A stretch of DNA of 62,747 bases, filler included, from Folioceros fuciformis (Eukaryota): NCBI GenBank assembly GCA_049999805.1. It is 8 parts of 8 records of this genome, joined end to end, with 100 filler letters (N's around TTAATTAATTAA, not from the genome) between each part and the next. Parts side by side here need not be neighbours in the genome. Positions count along the whole stretch, not along the records: positions 22,360 to 38,491 come from JBNGIO010001542.1; positions 38,592 to 46,682 come from JBNGIO010001543.1; positions 46,783 to 48,225 come from JBNGIO010001545.1; 5 more parts are not named here. The stretch is one strand, 5' to 3'. Under the pieces are notes generated by a model. It was not told where the DNA came from. It did no database searches and saw nothing but the letters and a program-made list of their open reading frames with translations. Below are positions 36,275 to 48,325 of the stretch, one piece after another. Numbering within the stretch: position 1 is the stretch's first letter; each line of letters begins with the position of its first letter. The position numbers and the translations under genes were made by a program.

Positions 36275-36636
36275 ATGACGTGCTCCAACAAAGTGGAGAA
36301 GGCGGTGTTGATTGCGGCGTCGCTTGCTACCCTCGGAGGTGGGAGATGGAGCTCATTGCTGTGCCTTCTCTTCTTCCTCGGCTGTCTCGGTGTGTGCTGC
36401 TGTGGGGTGTGTTCCGTATTAGGGCTCGGGATTAGGTAGATGGAAGCGGTATGGAAGTTAGTGTATATGTATTTTTGCACTACTTATAACGGGATTGCAT
36501 GGACACTGTGCGTGGGGCAGGTATACTCGCGGCATCGGCAGATAAGAAGGCTCGGAAGTTGGAGGAGGGGCCGCAGACGCTGGATGAGAAGCTGAAACAG
36601 ATCGATCAGCCGGCTCGGGCAGAGCAAGAATTGTAG
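36275..36636 (+). CDS. Putative spliced upstream ORF/microprotein (59 aa, one N-terminal hydrophobic helix) directly ahead of MED19
   Basis: Exon 36275-36338, GT-AG intron 36339-36520 and exon 36521-36636 give MTCSNKVEKAVLIAASLATLGGILAASADKKARKLEEGPQTLDEKLKQIDQPARAEQEL-TAG. The start context is GCCATG. The splice is predicted only. Confidence 0.5.
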
Positions 36637-36664
36637 CTGGCGCGGGTTGTTGTTGCTGTCCAGG

Positions 36665-37844
36665 ATGACGGCTGAGTCGTCAAGCGGCCCGTTCAGGCTT
36701 CTCAATTCGGCTATTCGGACCCCGGATTTCTGCACCGGGGCCGTGGACCTGTTGAGCTTCTACGGCTTGAACAGCGCGTATGAGGCTCTGTGCACGAAGC
36801 CTATTCCGCGGGTGATTGACCCCGCGAGGTACTTTAAGTTTGTTGTAGGGGACATAGCGCTGTGGAGAGGGGACGGGATGGAGCTGATGCAGCTGGTAGA
36901 GAGGCCGGCGCTCGCCACGGATTCTGATCCCATCCTGCCCCTTGATTTGGAAAGTTTGCGGAAGGCGTTTACGTTTCGGGAGGTTGCGCCGGTGGTTTTG
37001 CCGGAGGCGGAAAAGGGGGTGCCGACTGAGTGCGTAGGTAGGAAGACCGATGACAGGGAGAAGGATGGGAAGAAGCACAAAAGGAAGCATAAGAAGCATA
37101 AGGATAAGGACAAGGACAAGGAGCACAAGCACCGTCACAGAGACAAGGATAAGGGCAAGGATAAGGATGGGAAAGGTGATGCCGGCGGTAAGGATCCTGC
37201 GGGAGATGCTCCCGACAAGAAACATCACAAGAAGAAGAGGAAACACGAGAGTGACGGTGCGGCTAGGAAGTAAGAAAACTGCTAAGTTCGACTCGTGCCT
37301 TGATGCAACAGGAAGGGTTGGCGATGAACGCCACTCTGCCTGTCAGAGGGCTTTTTGGACATGCGCAGAAGCCTAGGTTATTCATGATCTTGAGGAAATG
37401 GGGCGTACAGCATGCTGAACTCGCAAGTACACGGCTCAATGCCGGGTGCCCTGCAGTCTGCGTCTGCTGTGGTGACAAGTCCTGTGCATCCATCGTGACT
37501 TGGCTGTGGACTGACTGTTTGCGTTGGTTGATCTTCGGTGAAAGGATGCTTAACGAGATTTTTTTAATTTCCTGCCCTGAGCAGGGAGCCTGGCATGCTT
37601 CTGCTGGTGGTGTTACTTTTGCCATGCTTGCATGTTCAACTGTTTCTTTCATGTGTGAACGTGTGTGTGGAGCTTAAGATGATGCCATTGCTGAAAATTG
37701 AAGCTTGAGTTTATGTCCAGTGAAAAGAAGAGCAAACACCGCCATAAGGACAAAGACGTCAAGGACAAAGAGAAGGAAAAGCGCAAGGAGAATGATGTTA
37801 AGGCTGTTGGGGAGCAGGATGTCCTCCTGGCCCCGAGAAAGTAA
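36665..37844 (+). CDS. MED19: Mediator subunit 19
   Basis: TGAVDLLSFYGL..YEALCTKPIP, VVGDIALWRGDGMELMQLV, ILPLDLESLRKAFTFREVAPVVLPEAEKGVPT and a K/H/D-rich tail. The unspliced form stops at 37273. A phase-2 intron 37270-37720 (AA|GTAAGA...ccag|T) adds EKKSKHRHKDKDVKDKEKEKRK...APRK-TAA (37844). Confidence 0.92.
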
Positions 37845-38285
37845 CAAAATTATTCTTGGGCTTGGGTGTGACACGGAGTTGGATGTGGCTGCCCTGGCCT
37901 GCCTATAATTATTTCAGAATGAAGGAGAGAAATCATTGCTTAGAGTGCCCCGCAGTATGTGAAAAGAGAGTCCAGCGTCCATGCAGCAAAGTGCAGCTCC
38001 CACGTCTGACAAATGTGGAAGCTTGAACTCTGTAGAGGCCCGCTGTTGAGAATACTATGGCGGGGTGCCCATGGTTCTCAGATCGGAACTCCGCATTAAA
38101 TGAAGTAACTCGTGGACGGAAGGATTAATGTGTCATGTTACTGAAAGATTAACGAGTTGAATTTTTGAATCGTCCTTAGTATCAAGAATCTTAATCCCAC
38201 TATCTTCGGGTGCTTTGAAGCGGAGGTAAACTTCGCAGCAGTAACACCCCCTTCAACGGGGTGGGGCAGAACCATGCAGTTAGAA

Positions 38286-38491
38286 GCCAAAGCAAGGGGC
38301 CGGACACACTAGGCCTCCAAGTAGCCCACCCTCCTAGGGCCAAAGCAAGGGGCCGGACACACTAGGCCTCCAAGTAGCCCACCCTCCTAGGGCCAAAGCA
38401 AGGGGCCGGACACACTAGGCCTCCAAGTAGCCCACCCTCCTAGGGCCAAAGCAAGGGGCCGGACACACTAGGCCTCCAAGTAGCCCACCCT
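38286..38491. repeat. 53-bp perfect tandem repeat (minisatellite), about 3.9 copies, running into a contig end
   Basis: Unit CCAAAGCAAGGGGCCGGACACACTAGGCCTCCAAGTAGCCCACCCTCCTAGGG repeated identically. Confidence 0.97.
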
Positions 38492-38591
38492 NNNNNNNNN
38501 NNNNNNNNNNNNNNNNNNNNNNNNNNNNNNNNNNNTTAATTAATTAANNNNNNNNNNNNNNNNNNNNNNNNNNNNNNNNNNNNNNNNNNNN
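38492..38591. other. Artificial contig spacer
   Basis: N44-TTAATTAATTAA-N44. Confidence 0.99.
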
Positions 38592-38681
38592 TTTTTTGTC
38601 TGTCGAGTTCCCGATGCACATTACAGGGCCTCGCGAGTTCGGGATCTCGAGGTGATGAAATCTTTGTTTGGTGTTGAGCAG

Positions 38682-40353
38682 TCCCCAGGCGATTTTCAAG
38701 GATCCCTTCAGGGGCGGAGACAACATTCTTGTAAATTTCGCTTTTCCCAGATTTGATGACAGTGGTATTTCTTGCGATCATCACTTTTGGTTGTCTAACA
38801 CATCTGCGTTGTATCCCAGGTCATCTGCGATGCCTACACCCCCCAGGGGGAGCCGATCCCAACTAACAAAAGGGCAGCAGCTGCCAAAATCTTCAGCAAC
38901 CCCGACGTGGCCAAGGAGGTTCCTTGGTAAGGCTGTCTAACTCTTTGGACCGCAGGTGAATTGGGTTGTTTTGGGTTTCCGTGATGTGACGGCATCTTCT
39001 GTCCCGTTTCCTGTGCAGGTTTGGAATTGAGCAGGAATACACTCTGCTTCAGAAGGATGTGAAATGGCCCTTGGGCTGGCCCGTGAATGGGTATCCTGGA
39101 GCGCAGGTGCGCATGTCGTGAACTTCGCTGGAAGGACCATTGATGTGAGACCTGGCTGACTTTTTAGGGCCTGCTCTTATGTTTCATCGTGCTTTCAGGG
39201 GCCGTACTATTGCGGTACTGGAGCCGATAAGGCCTGGGGCCGGGACATCGTGAATGCCCACTACAAAGCGTGTATACACGCTGGCATCAACATCTCTGGT
39301 ATCAACGGTGAGGTTATGCCTGGCCAGTGGGAGTACCAGGTTGGACCCTGCGAAGGCATCTCGTCTGGTGACCAGTTGTGGGCATCCCGTTATATTCTGG
39401 AGGTTTGAATTAACTTCTGCACACCTTGCGACACCTTTGCGACATAAATGCGTGAATTGTTAGCACAATTGTGCGATGCCCCTGGTTCCCACCGTTTTGG
39501 TTCTCACCGTTTTGGTTGCAGAGGGTGACCGAGATTGCCGGAGTGGTCTTGTCCTTGGACCCCAAACCCATCGAGGGCGACTGGAATGGTGCTGGTTGTC
39601 ATACCAACTACAGGCACTACGTCTTTCCCACCTTCCTGTTGAGGTTGTCTGTCTGGAATGCCTACCCGGCAGCGACATGCGAGTGTTGACTCTCTTGGTT
39701 CCGGTTGACGCAGCACGAAGCCTATGCGCGAGGAGGGGGGCTTCGAAGTGATAAAAAAGGCCGTGGAGAAGCTCGGCCTTCGTCACAAGGAGCACATTAG
39801 TGCCTATGGTGAAGGGAACGAACGTAGGCTGACTGGAAGACATGAGACCGCCGATATCCACACCTTCTCCTGGGTAAGCTTCCTCGCGTCCAGCTCTGCT
39901 GTAGCACTTTCTTGCATACCAAGCTGGTGGTTCCTGCTTCTCATTACCTCCTACTGATGGTGGAATGCCTTATGTGATACTCCAGGGTGTCGCCAACAGG
40001 GGGGCTTCCATCCGTGTGGGACGAGACACCGAGAAGGAGGGCAAGGGTGAGTCACCTCAACAAGCTTGCACTCTCGATCATCTATGTTGAAAGCTCGCAA
40101 TATGAAACGTGAGATTCTCTCCCTCTGCAGGTTATTTCGAGGACAGACGCCCTGCCTCCAACATGGACCCCTACGTGGTGACGTCACTGATTGCCGAGAC
40201 CACCATCCTGTACAAGCCCTGGTAAGGATCCTCCTTTTAGACTTTGTCACCTGTTCTAATGCTTCCTTCGCCCTCTCCTGTAATGCATCCTTCGCCCTCT
40301 CCTGTAATGCTTCCTTCGCCCTCTCCTGTAACACTCAGCTTTGGTTCCACAGA
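38682..40353 (+). CDS. GLN1: Glutamine synthetase type II, cytosolic GS1-like; 5' exons lost at the contig edge
   Basis: [125 protein letters not shown] and [29 protein letters not shown]. There is no GS2-type C-terminal extension. Confidence 0.97.
40257..40331. repeat. 24-bp tandem repeat x3 in the last GS intron
   Basis: TAATGCWTCCTTCGCCCTCTCCTG x3. Confidence 0.9.
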
Positions 40354-41769
40354 AAGGTGTGCAGGGCTACGACCGGTCACATGAGAGAAGAACGCTGATC
40401 TACGGTATGACCGAGTACGTGACTCTGGTGAAATCCTGCAGTCGTATGGACGACTACTGTCCTCAAACTTTTCCTCTGAAGATGTAATTTATGCAATTCC
40501 TAGGCTTAGTGCAGAGCCTTTGGAGTGGAGCGACCATTGTTGCCTCGTGGCCTTTGCCCTCAGACTTCGATAGGACTTCTCGACTTACGAGATCTTGTAT
40601 GTTAACTGAATCGCGGAAGTCTTAAATTAACGTATTGGAAAAGACTGTTGTACTGTGTGTCCATAGTATGGTGATGGAATCGTCATATCTGCACTTGTAT
40701 GATGAACGTACGAAGTGAGGAGAGGCTGGTGAATGTTTACCTCAGACTGGAGGTACCTTCATGTAGCACCACACTTTGGGTCATCTTGGATCCTTTGTGC
40801 AGGACCCGTTGCAGTCATGCTCTTCCCTGAAACTTTTCCATCAATAATGGCAACGAGCGGTGGGCGAGAATCAGACATATCAACTATGCACCCAAACCGC
40901 TATGAATCTGCTTGCGTGCTTCCCGCCGAGGGATCACTCGCCACAGGTCCTCATACCTCAATGACCATTCTCTAGGCGCTGTCCTAGAGTCAAGCTGGCA
41001 CGGCCTCGGCCACAACCCACCCTTTGTGACACGGAGAGTAACGATAGGGAGTCCGGATAACTGCAGTGGGCCTTCGGTGGAGCCAATTGTGGCCAGGGAC
41101 TTCCGAGCCAATTGTGGCCAGGGACTTCCGAGTGATGCCATGTCTGTAATTCCCATTTTCTCCAGGCCCCGGACATTCCTCCCCGAATTTGCTGACACCA
41201 TCGATCCTTCACTTTGCAAGCTTCTCCCGTTAGTATTGTGAATTCGCTCAATCCGTGGATCACAAGCACCGTCATTTGCGGCTGGAAGGGAAGCCGGAAG
41301 CGTAAAGGTGCCTTTGCTGGCGTGACGGCTACGGTGACCCTCACATCGGTTCTTGTGAGATTAAATGCTTTGCACGGAGCAGGATTGGCGGGTGTTTCCC
41401 TTTTATCATCTACCCGTTGATTTACTTCCACCAGACTTTCCCAGTATCATCTAGCCATTGATTTACTTCCACCAGACTTTCGCAGTGCGCGCATTGCGCA
41501 TGCTCAGGCTGTGTGCAGAATATATCGAGATCTGAGCTCACGCGTGTGTGTGATATGGGAGGAGGACTTGAATATGTGCTCCAGCATTTCTGATATGGGA
41601 TGAAGACTTGAATATGTGCTCCAGCATTTCTTGGAATTCGCCTCTATCAGGTAGTCGAATCATCATTGGACAACAAGGTATACTTGCTAGACCTCTTTGG
41701 GCCGCAAGGAGAGTTCTAGTCCATGAATTCAGGCCTTCAGGGCTCTCATCCAATTTCAACACTCTAGTT

Positions 41770-42525
41770 TCATCCGACTTCAATTTTAATTTGGTAAGTT
41801 CCGAAGAACTCTTCCCAAAAAGTAGGGTATGCCGCTCTTCGTGTCCCGCGCACGGTATTCTTTAGTAAAAGGCGAAAGAATAGTTCGCTATGCGTTGAAC
41901 ACGCGACTCAACGTGCCATCAGAGGCTTCCCGTATATATTGCTTTGGACCTGGTACGCATACACGGGCGGAAATATGGGGTAACAATATTTCCGAACAGT
42001 TCCTCTTGGCCGTTGGAGTGCAGTCTAGTTTGCATTTGGTGTTGCCGTTCATTGAGACGTCAGGCACCTGAGGATATGGGTAAACAATTACCTCTCGGAG
42101 CGTGTTGCCATGACCTCATAACTAAGTACAGAGCGGGCCTCGGATTCCAGTGCGATGAAAAGTTTCCGGTGGTTTCTATCTGGGGCTGGGGGGTTAGGAT
42201 TGAACGCATTTTAAAAGTTGTCAAACCATGACGTAACTAATCACAACGTGCTGTGAAAGCAAAGCTGGGAAATTCCGCCACCCCTGAAATCATGTGTTAC
42301 GGTGACAACAAGTATGGAATTGCATCGTGGACCGGCTGCACTGTCTGTCCTTAGAGGTTCTGAGAATCAAGAAATCGTTCATGAAGCGCCGAGGTACGAG
42401 AATTGCAGACAAACCAGGTGCCTCCACCTTACAAACACAAAATCAATGCTGTCTTCCAGGAGCATTGATCTTGTGTGTGGATAACCTGCTCCTACTTTGA
42501 AGCAGCTGATCAAGGAAGTTGCAGG
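41770..42525 (+). pseudogene. Degenerate coding-like segment, copy 1 of a local duplication (unknown family)
   Basis: Colinear similarity to 44165-44725 (shared CGGTATTCTTTAGTAAAAGGCGAAAGAATA, GAAATCGTTC, CAAGGAAGTTGCA). The frame IRLQ..RTLPKK.MPL..RYSLVKGERIVR.ALNT is interrupted by stops and frameshifts. The strand is uncertain. Confidence 0.5.
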
Positions 42526-44164
42526 TGGCCGAGTTTCAGGGCCTTGGTGGTTTCGCGGAACCAGGCCTCTTGACTGGGGCAAAGCTTCCACTCGCAACGA
42601 GGAATCTCGCACCAATTCTGCACGTAGTTCAACATTATCTGCGAGGTAGCGGTAGTATGAAGGAGAGCAGGAGGTAATGCAAGAGACTACCTATTGACCA
42701 GGAAAAGCAAGTACCGCTGTTCAGAGTTGTTCACCATTTAGGATAACCCATGAAAAATATTGAGTGTCCTATGCATACAACCCGAGACAATGAATGGCTT
42801 GAAGTCTTCGCAAGTAGTTTAAGAAAGTAGTTACTTAAGCTTTGGTGAACTGATCAATGGTGCTTAATAAGAAAGGATAGAAGGGAGAAGTTATCCGGTT
42901 TTTATCCTAATAAGGATTATGGCCTCCTTGATCCATGGCTCTCCAGTCAGTTTTCTCTGATTCACCATCAGCTCCCGTCTACTAAGTACTTCTTACCCTG
43001 CATTGTGCAAGTGGACATCTTTGATCATTATGAACGCAAATGGCCAGAATTCGTACAAGGTTGTGATAGAATGATGTATTATCAGTTGGCTGCCTGGAAA
43101 GAGCATGAAACCTGCAGAGGTACATTTTGACAGTGTTATCAATCGATTCTCCTTGGGAACTGGTGGTGTCGAAATGGCCGTTCGAAATGTTTTTGCACCA
43201 CGGCAACCCTGACATCGAGGATCTTTCCTCCACACGGATGGAGCCCAGGATCGAGATTCTAGACTCGGATTCAGGCTCCACTCCTGGAATCGACAGCCAG
43301 CAATCCGTCACATCATGCCGTAAGGCCAACCTGTATGTCACGGACCTTAGGCTCAGTGGAACAAAAGACTTTATTGGTTGCCAGGTACTACAGTGGTACA
43401 GGTACAGTAAAGCCTAGGGCACCAGACATTATGACTGGCGGACATCCAGATTGTGGCATCCAAACTCTCAACGGTGGTTGAGGTTCTCACCAAGGTAGCT
43501 CCATGTGTCAGCCCTGAATTGACAACTGCGACTGACAGGGATACGCAAGACAAGAGTACAGCGCTCGTATGGGTTTCTCTTTCACTTTCAGGACTCAATA
43601 TTGCTGTTCAAGGTGTAAGAGAGTGCCCGTGTGCATGTTGCAAGAGCATTGGGGAGGAAGCTGCTTCGATCGATGCAAACCTCCAACGCTTCCGGATGTA
43701 CACAACCAGGATACGAGAGCTGGAATGACGCATTGCTACGTTAGTGCTCAACATAGCCTGAGAAGCCCTCGTCACCATTTTGGCTGCCAGCCAAAGGACG
43801 AAAATACCCAGCGGGCATCTTCTCGGCTGCCACATGTTGCCACAATCACCGAGGACAACATTTGCTGGAAGCCTTTTCCACGAACCTGATAGTCCTCAGC
43901 TCCAAGTCCATCGCGCTGAGCTCCAATTCCTCACGGGGTTTGAGGAGGCAAGCAACTGCCACATGGTGGCTAGGAGCTGTGCTGATGATGCACGAAAAGA
44001 GTCCATCCACGATCGCACCTACCAGCTGTTGTCAGGATCAGTCAACTAACATAGCTGACAGGGCCTTGGACTCACGGGCGTCCGAGCCTGGGACTCACGG
44101 GCATTTCTGGTCATCAATTTGTCATCAAGGACACGAAGTTGTCATCACGGAATCCTGACAATGA

Positions 44165-44725
44165 CATCCGACTTCAAATATCATTTTGCGAGCTCAGTCG
44201 AACTCTGCCCAAAAAGTGGGATATGCCGCTTTCAGTATCCGACGAACGGTATTCTTTAGTAAAAGGCGAAAGAATAATTCGCAATGCGTTGAACACGCAG
44301 CAGTACTTGATTCATAGGAGCTTCCCAGTTTATATTGCACTGAAGATGGTAAGCACACACCAGCAGCAATATGGGTTAGTAATATTTCCAACATCTGGTC
44401 GTGGATGTCAGAGTGCAGGCCAGTTTGCATCCGTTATTGGATTTCATAAAATATGACCACAAAATGCTGGGAAGCAGGGTTGGGGAATGCCGACACCATT
44501 GGAATGATTGATACCGGTGAAAACAAAGACGGAAGCCTCTAGGAGGCTCTATATATCACGAAATCGTTCCTGAACTGCCAGAGCATGAGGATCACATACC
44601 CGCAGTATTGCCCGTCAGAATCAACGTCCGCATCCTCTCCCATGGCTCTGCAGGATCTCCCAGCAGGTTGGACAAGAGCGGGATTTTGTCTTGAGCTAGA
44701 ACTGCGCTTGGTCAAGGAAGTTGCA
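44165..44725 (+). pseudogene. Degenerate coding-like segment, copy 2 of a local duplication
   Basis: DIRLQISFCELSRTLPKKWDMPLSVSDERYSLVKGERIIRNALNT, then after a frameshift YCTEDGKHTPAAIWVSNIS; homologous to 41770-42525. Confidence 0.5.
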
Positions 44726-46682
44726 CTTGTGGTTGCTACTCAAGGCTTTTGTGATGAGACGGGTTTAGGGTCAAGTAATGGGCTGAAGTGTCTTCGAGCG
44801 CTCCCGTTGATGGCATCTATCCAGAAAAAAAAATGCGCACCATGATTGCGGGAGCACGAAAGTGTTCGTAGGCGGCATCCTGTGCTTATTGATGTGCTTG
44901 GAAGCCTTTGGACAAAAACCAGGCTTATGGGTTCGTAAGGAGTCCGATAATGTGCTTCGCCAGTCCAATCCATTCCAATTGGCGTGGAATCACCAACCTA
45001 TTGGTGATCCCACGCCGAAGACCTCGCTCTAGAGATTCAGATACTGTGCTCCAAAGACCTCGGTCTAGTGAGTCCGATACTATGCTTCGGCAGTTCGTTC
45101 AGCGAAAAGACGAAATTCTTATACAAGTTGAAACTGGTCTCTGTGCTTGCTCTGACAGATCTGATGCGCTTCCTACGCTGATTCCCTGGCTTGCGCATCA
45201 GCGTGTACGTATGTGGGGTTGTACCACCGGATATCCACTAGGACCAGTAACTGTGGTTGGGTATTGTACGCCGGCAGGGAAGACTTTCAAAAGGAATTGG
45301 TGCTGGTAGTGGTACTGTGGTTGTGGTGCCTTAGCTAATACGAGAGTGTCACCTGGAATGGACGGCGCTGCTGTCTGACACACAGATGGTTGCCCACATG
45401 CTTGCGGTCCTCAGTGCTAGTGCCTGAAAACAAATCCAGTTTTGTTTGGACATTGTGAGCCCTTTGTGGGAAGGACACACGCTCCTGACACACATCCATC
45501 CCAGGAACTGACGTCCCTGGCTTCTGCCCGTGCAACACTCTCCTGTCGTGTGCTAGGCTCCTACAGTTGCATCCATGTAACAGCTTTTTAGGTTTCCTCC
45601 TGGACACGGAAGGTTCCTTGAGTCTTACAGTCCTGTCAGATACGACAAGGGAAACAAACAGTGCTGGAATGCAATCAATTACATTCACTGTGCTCGGAAG
45701 TGGGCGGTTCTGACAAATATTTCTGTGGACACGTTTGCATTGTGAATGGACGATGATGCTCTGGATACATGTATCTCCATGTTAGCGAGATTCCAAATCA
45801 CGTCCGTCCCGCTATTTCCAATTTCCTCTCTTCATGCCGCCGAAGGATACAGTCGTCTAGCTATACTGCTTCACGTATTCCAAGGACGTGGAACAGAGAT
45901 GTAACGTTTTGAGGACACTACCCTTCGACTTCGAGCTCGGTGGAAGCTGGAAACATGGGACATTCAGCTTTATTCTTTGCATCATTGAGTACAAAGCCAA
46001 ATTGGCAAGGTTTAGGCTCGGAACAAGGAATGCCCACGGAATCACATAGCTGAAGCGTAACTTAAAAAATAGCGGAGTGCGAAGGACTGGCTGGTGGCCA
46101 TGCCTAAAGGAGAGACGACCTGCTGACCAGACCCAGCAGCAAGTGCAGCAGCTCAGAGTCTCTGTTATTGCTACAGCATTGCAGATGCTTCGGCTCTCTT
46201 CTCTTACGCGACTTAGTTAGCCACCAGTGGAGTGATGGGCCTGCACTACTTACTTACAACTAGCTACGACTGGAATGCAACTGCTGCAATATCTCACAGA
46301 CCCGCTGAATTTCTCGCAATCTGCAAGGATATGCAAAGGCACTCGTTAAGCACCAGGACGAACATCGAAATCCACTGAATCAGTTGATAGCATTCAAACA
46401 CACAGAAGCAGACTGCACTAACTCGTAACCAGAACGCGATCTGCGGATATGGCATGGACATTGCTCAGCTCGACACACTTACTTCAGCAATTTATTGAGC
46501 TAGGGCCATCCAAGCTCAGTAAGTCTTGGGAGGAGGAGCAGCTCCATGGCCAGACTTCCAGGGCTTCGGTGCCGGAGTCCACGGCTTTGGTGAGGGACTG
46601 TGCTCATGGTGGGGAGGAGACTTGTGCTCATGATGAGGAGGAGGCTTGTGCTCATAGTAAGGAGGAGGTGGCGATGTGTAGT

Positions 46683-46782
46683 NNNNNNNNNNNNNNNNNN
46701 NNNNNNNNNNNNNNNNNNNNNNNNNNTTAATTAATTAANNNNNNNNNNNNNNNNNNNNNNNNNNNNNNNNNNNNNNNNNNNN
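46683..46782. other. Artificial contig spacer
   Basis: N44-TTAATTAATTAA-N44. Confidence 0.99.
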
Positions 46783-47011
46783 TACCGAACCTAAACCTTC
46801 CCAGGTCTGGGACCAAACCTATACCCACTATTATAACCAAACCAACTATTTCCTGGTCAATTAACCTAATTAGCACAAAGAAAAATAGGAAAAATGACCA
46901 AAAAATCAAGGAAAATTAGGGAAAATAATTTGAAAAAGAAAACCAAACCATACCACTATTAACCCTTTTTCAACCAAAACAAACTACTACCCCAAACTTT
47001 GGAGGTTCACA
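46783..47011 (-). mobile_element. Terminus of a dispersed repeat family (LTR-like, begins TGTGAACCTCC), copy A
   Basis: Near-identical to 56470-56821 and 56922-57273. Similarity stops sharply at ...GGAGGTTCACA, with a different flank in each copy. Confidence 0.8.
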
Positions 47012-48225
47012 ATTGCTGAGAGATTGTGAAAGATTGCTGCCGATTGGAGATGACTTCTAGAAGATTTCTGAGACATTTCTGGGCGTTTGTGGAAGATTGT
47101 TGGAGATTGGGGGAGATTGTGGAGGATTGCTGAGGGATTGCTAGAGATTTGAGAACATTGCTGGAAGATTGGAGACATTTGGAATTAGGCTTGTGAGAAA
47201 CAAGTGTGAACTAGAACTCTTGTGTGTTTTGCATATATGGAGTCTTGCATATATGTGTGAAGGAGGGTGGTTGATTCACAAGGACTTGTTTCCCTAGAAT
47301 TAGCATTTGCATGTGTGGAGAGCATTCAAGAAGACCAGATTTGTGAGACTGGAAGCCTCTGGGCAGAAACCCATGGTGGAAACCCGCGGCAGCGCGTGCA
47401 CTAGGAAAATATTAGTTAGGGTTTCAGGGGGGAACCCACCATAGTCGTGGAAACAACTACGGGTCGCAGAAACAGCGATCGCGGTCATGGAATGGGAACC
47501 AGAGTCGTAGAGTAGGGTCCGCGGTAGCTAGGCTGACCGGGGTTAGTAGTAGTTGAGCTAGTAGGTAGTAGGGGCGGTACTAGGTGAGTCCTAACTTAGG
47601 TAAGAGTTAGTAGTAATAGAAGTTAGTGTTCCTTGGCACAAATCGTTCCCTTGGGAGCAAATTATACGACTACAATGATATAGAGGGTGAATGTGGACCT
47701 CACAGTGTCTCCAGACACAAGATTTCACTCCACACTATATTGTTAGTTGTGAAATGTTTTAGGGAAAGCCTTGAAAAAGCATTGACTTGTTAGAGTAGGA
47801 GGTTTGTGTGCAATCACACCTAAAAAAATGCTTTTGGTAGGGGGAGAGAGATGTGGAGGGCATGGCCTTCATATTCAAATAAGAGGCCATTGTCCAAGTT
47901 CTCCAATTCCCGTCAACAAGTCCTCCCATCAAGCATTGAGATAGTAAAGGCAAAATCTATCAAACAATTACCTTAATAGGCGTGTTCTGATTGTGCATAA
48001 ACTATGGGAAGGGGATTTTTGAACACCATATTGAAGTATCAAAGCCTCCAACATGGGCAAAGCAAGCCATTGCTTTGTTCAGCATGCAAATGTACGAATG
48101 CACAGACACCGACGGATTTGGCTTCTAGTAGATGCATTTTCTATCATCCATGAATGAATTTGCCTAGTACATTTTATTGCTTTGGTATCTAGTGGCTCCA
48201 CCCTTGTCTATCATTGCATTTAACC

Positions 48226-48325
48226 NNNNNNNNNNNNNNNNNNNNNNNNNNNNNNNNNNNNNNNNNNNNTTAATTAATTAANNNNNNNNNNNNNNNNNNN
48301 NNNNNNNNNNNNNNNNNNNNNNNNN
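48226..48325. other. Artificial contig spacer
   Basis: N44-TTAATTAATTAA-N44. Confidence 0.99.

Noticed and set aside
38286-38491. CRISPR-like array
   Set aside because: Contiguous identical units with no spacers, in a plant nuclear context.
39951-40334. ORF with LQERAKEA repeats
   Set aside because: Antisense reading of the 24-bp intronic repeat and GS exons.
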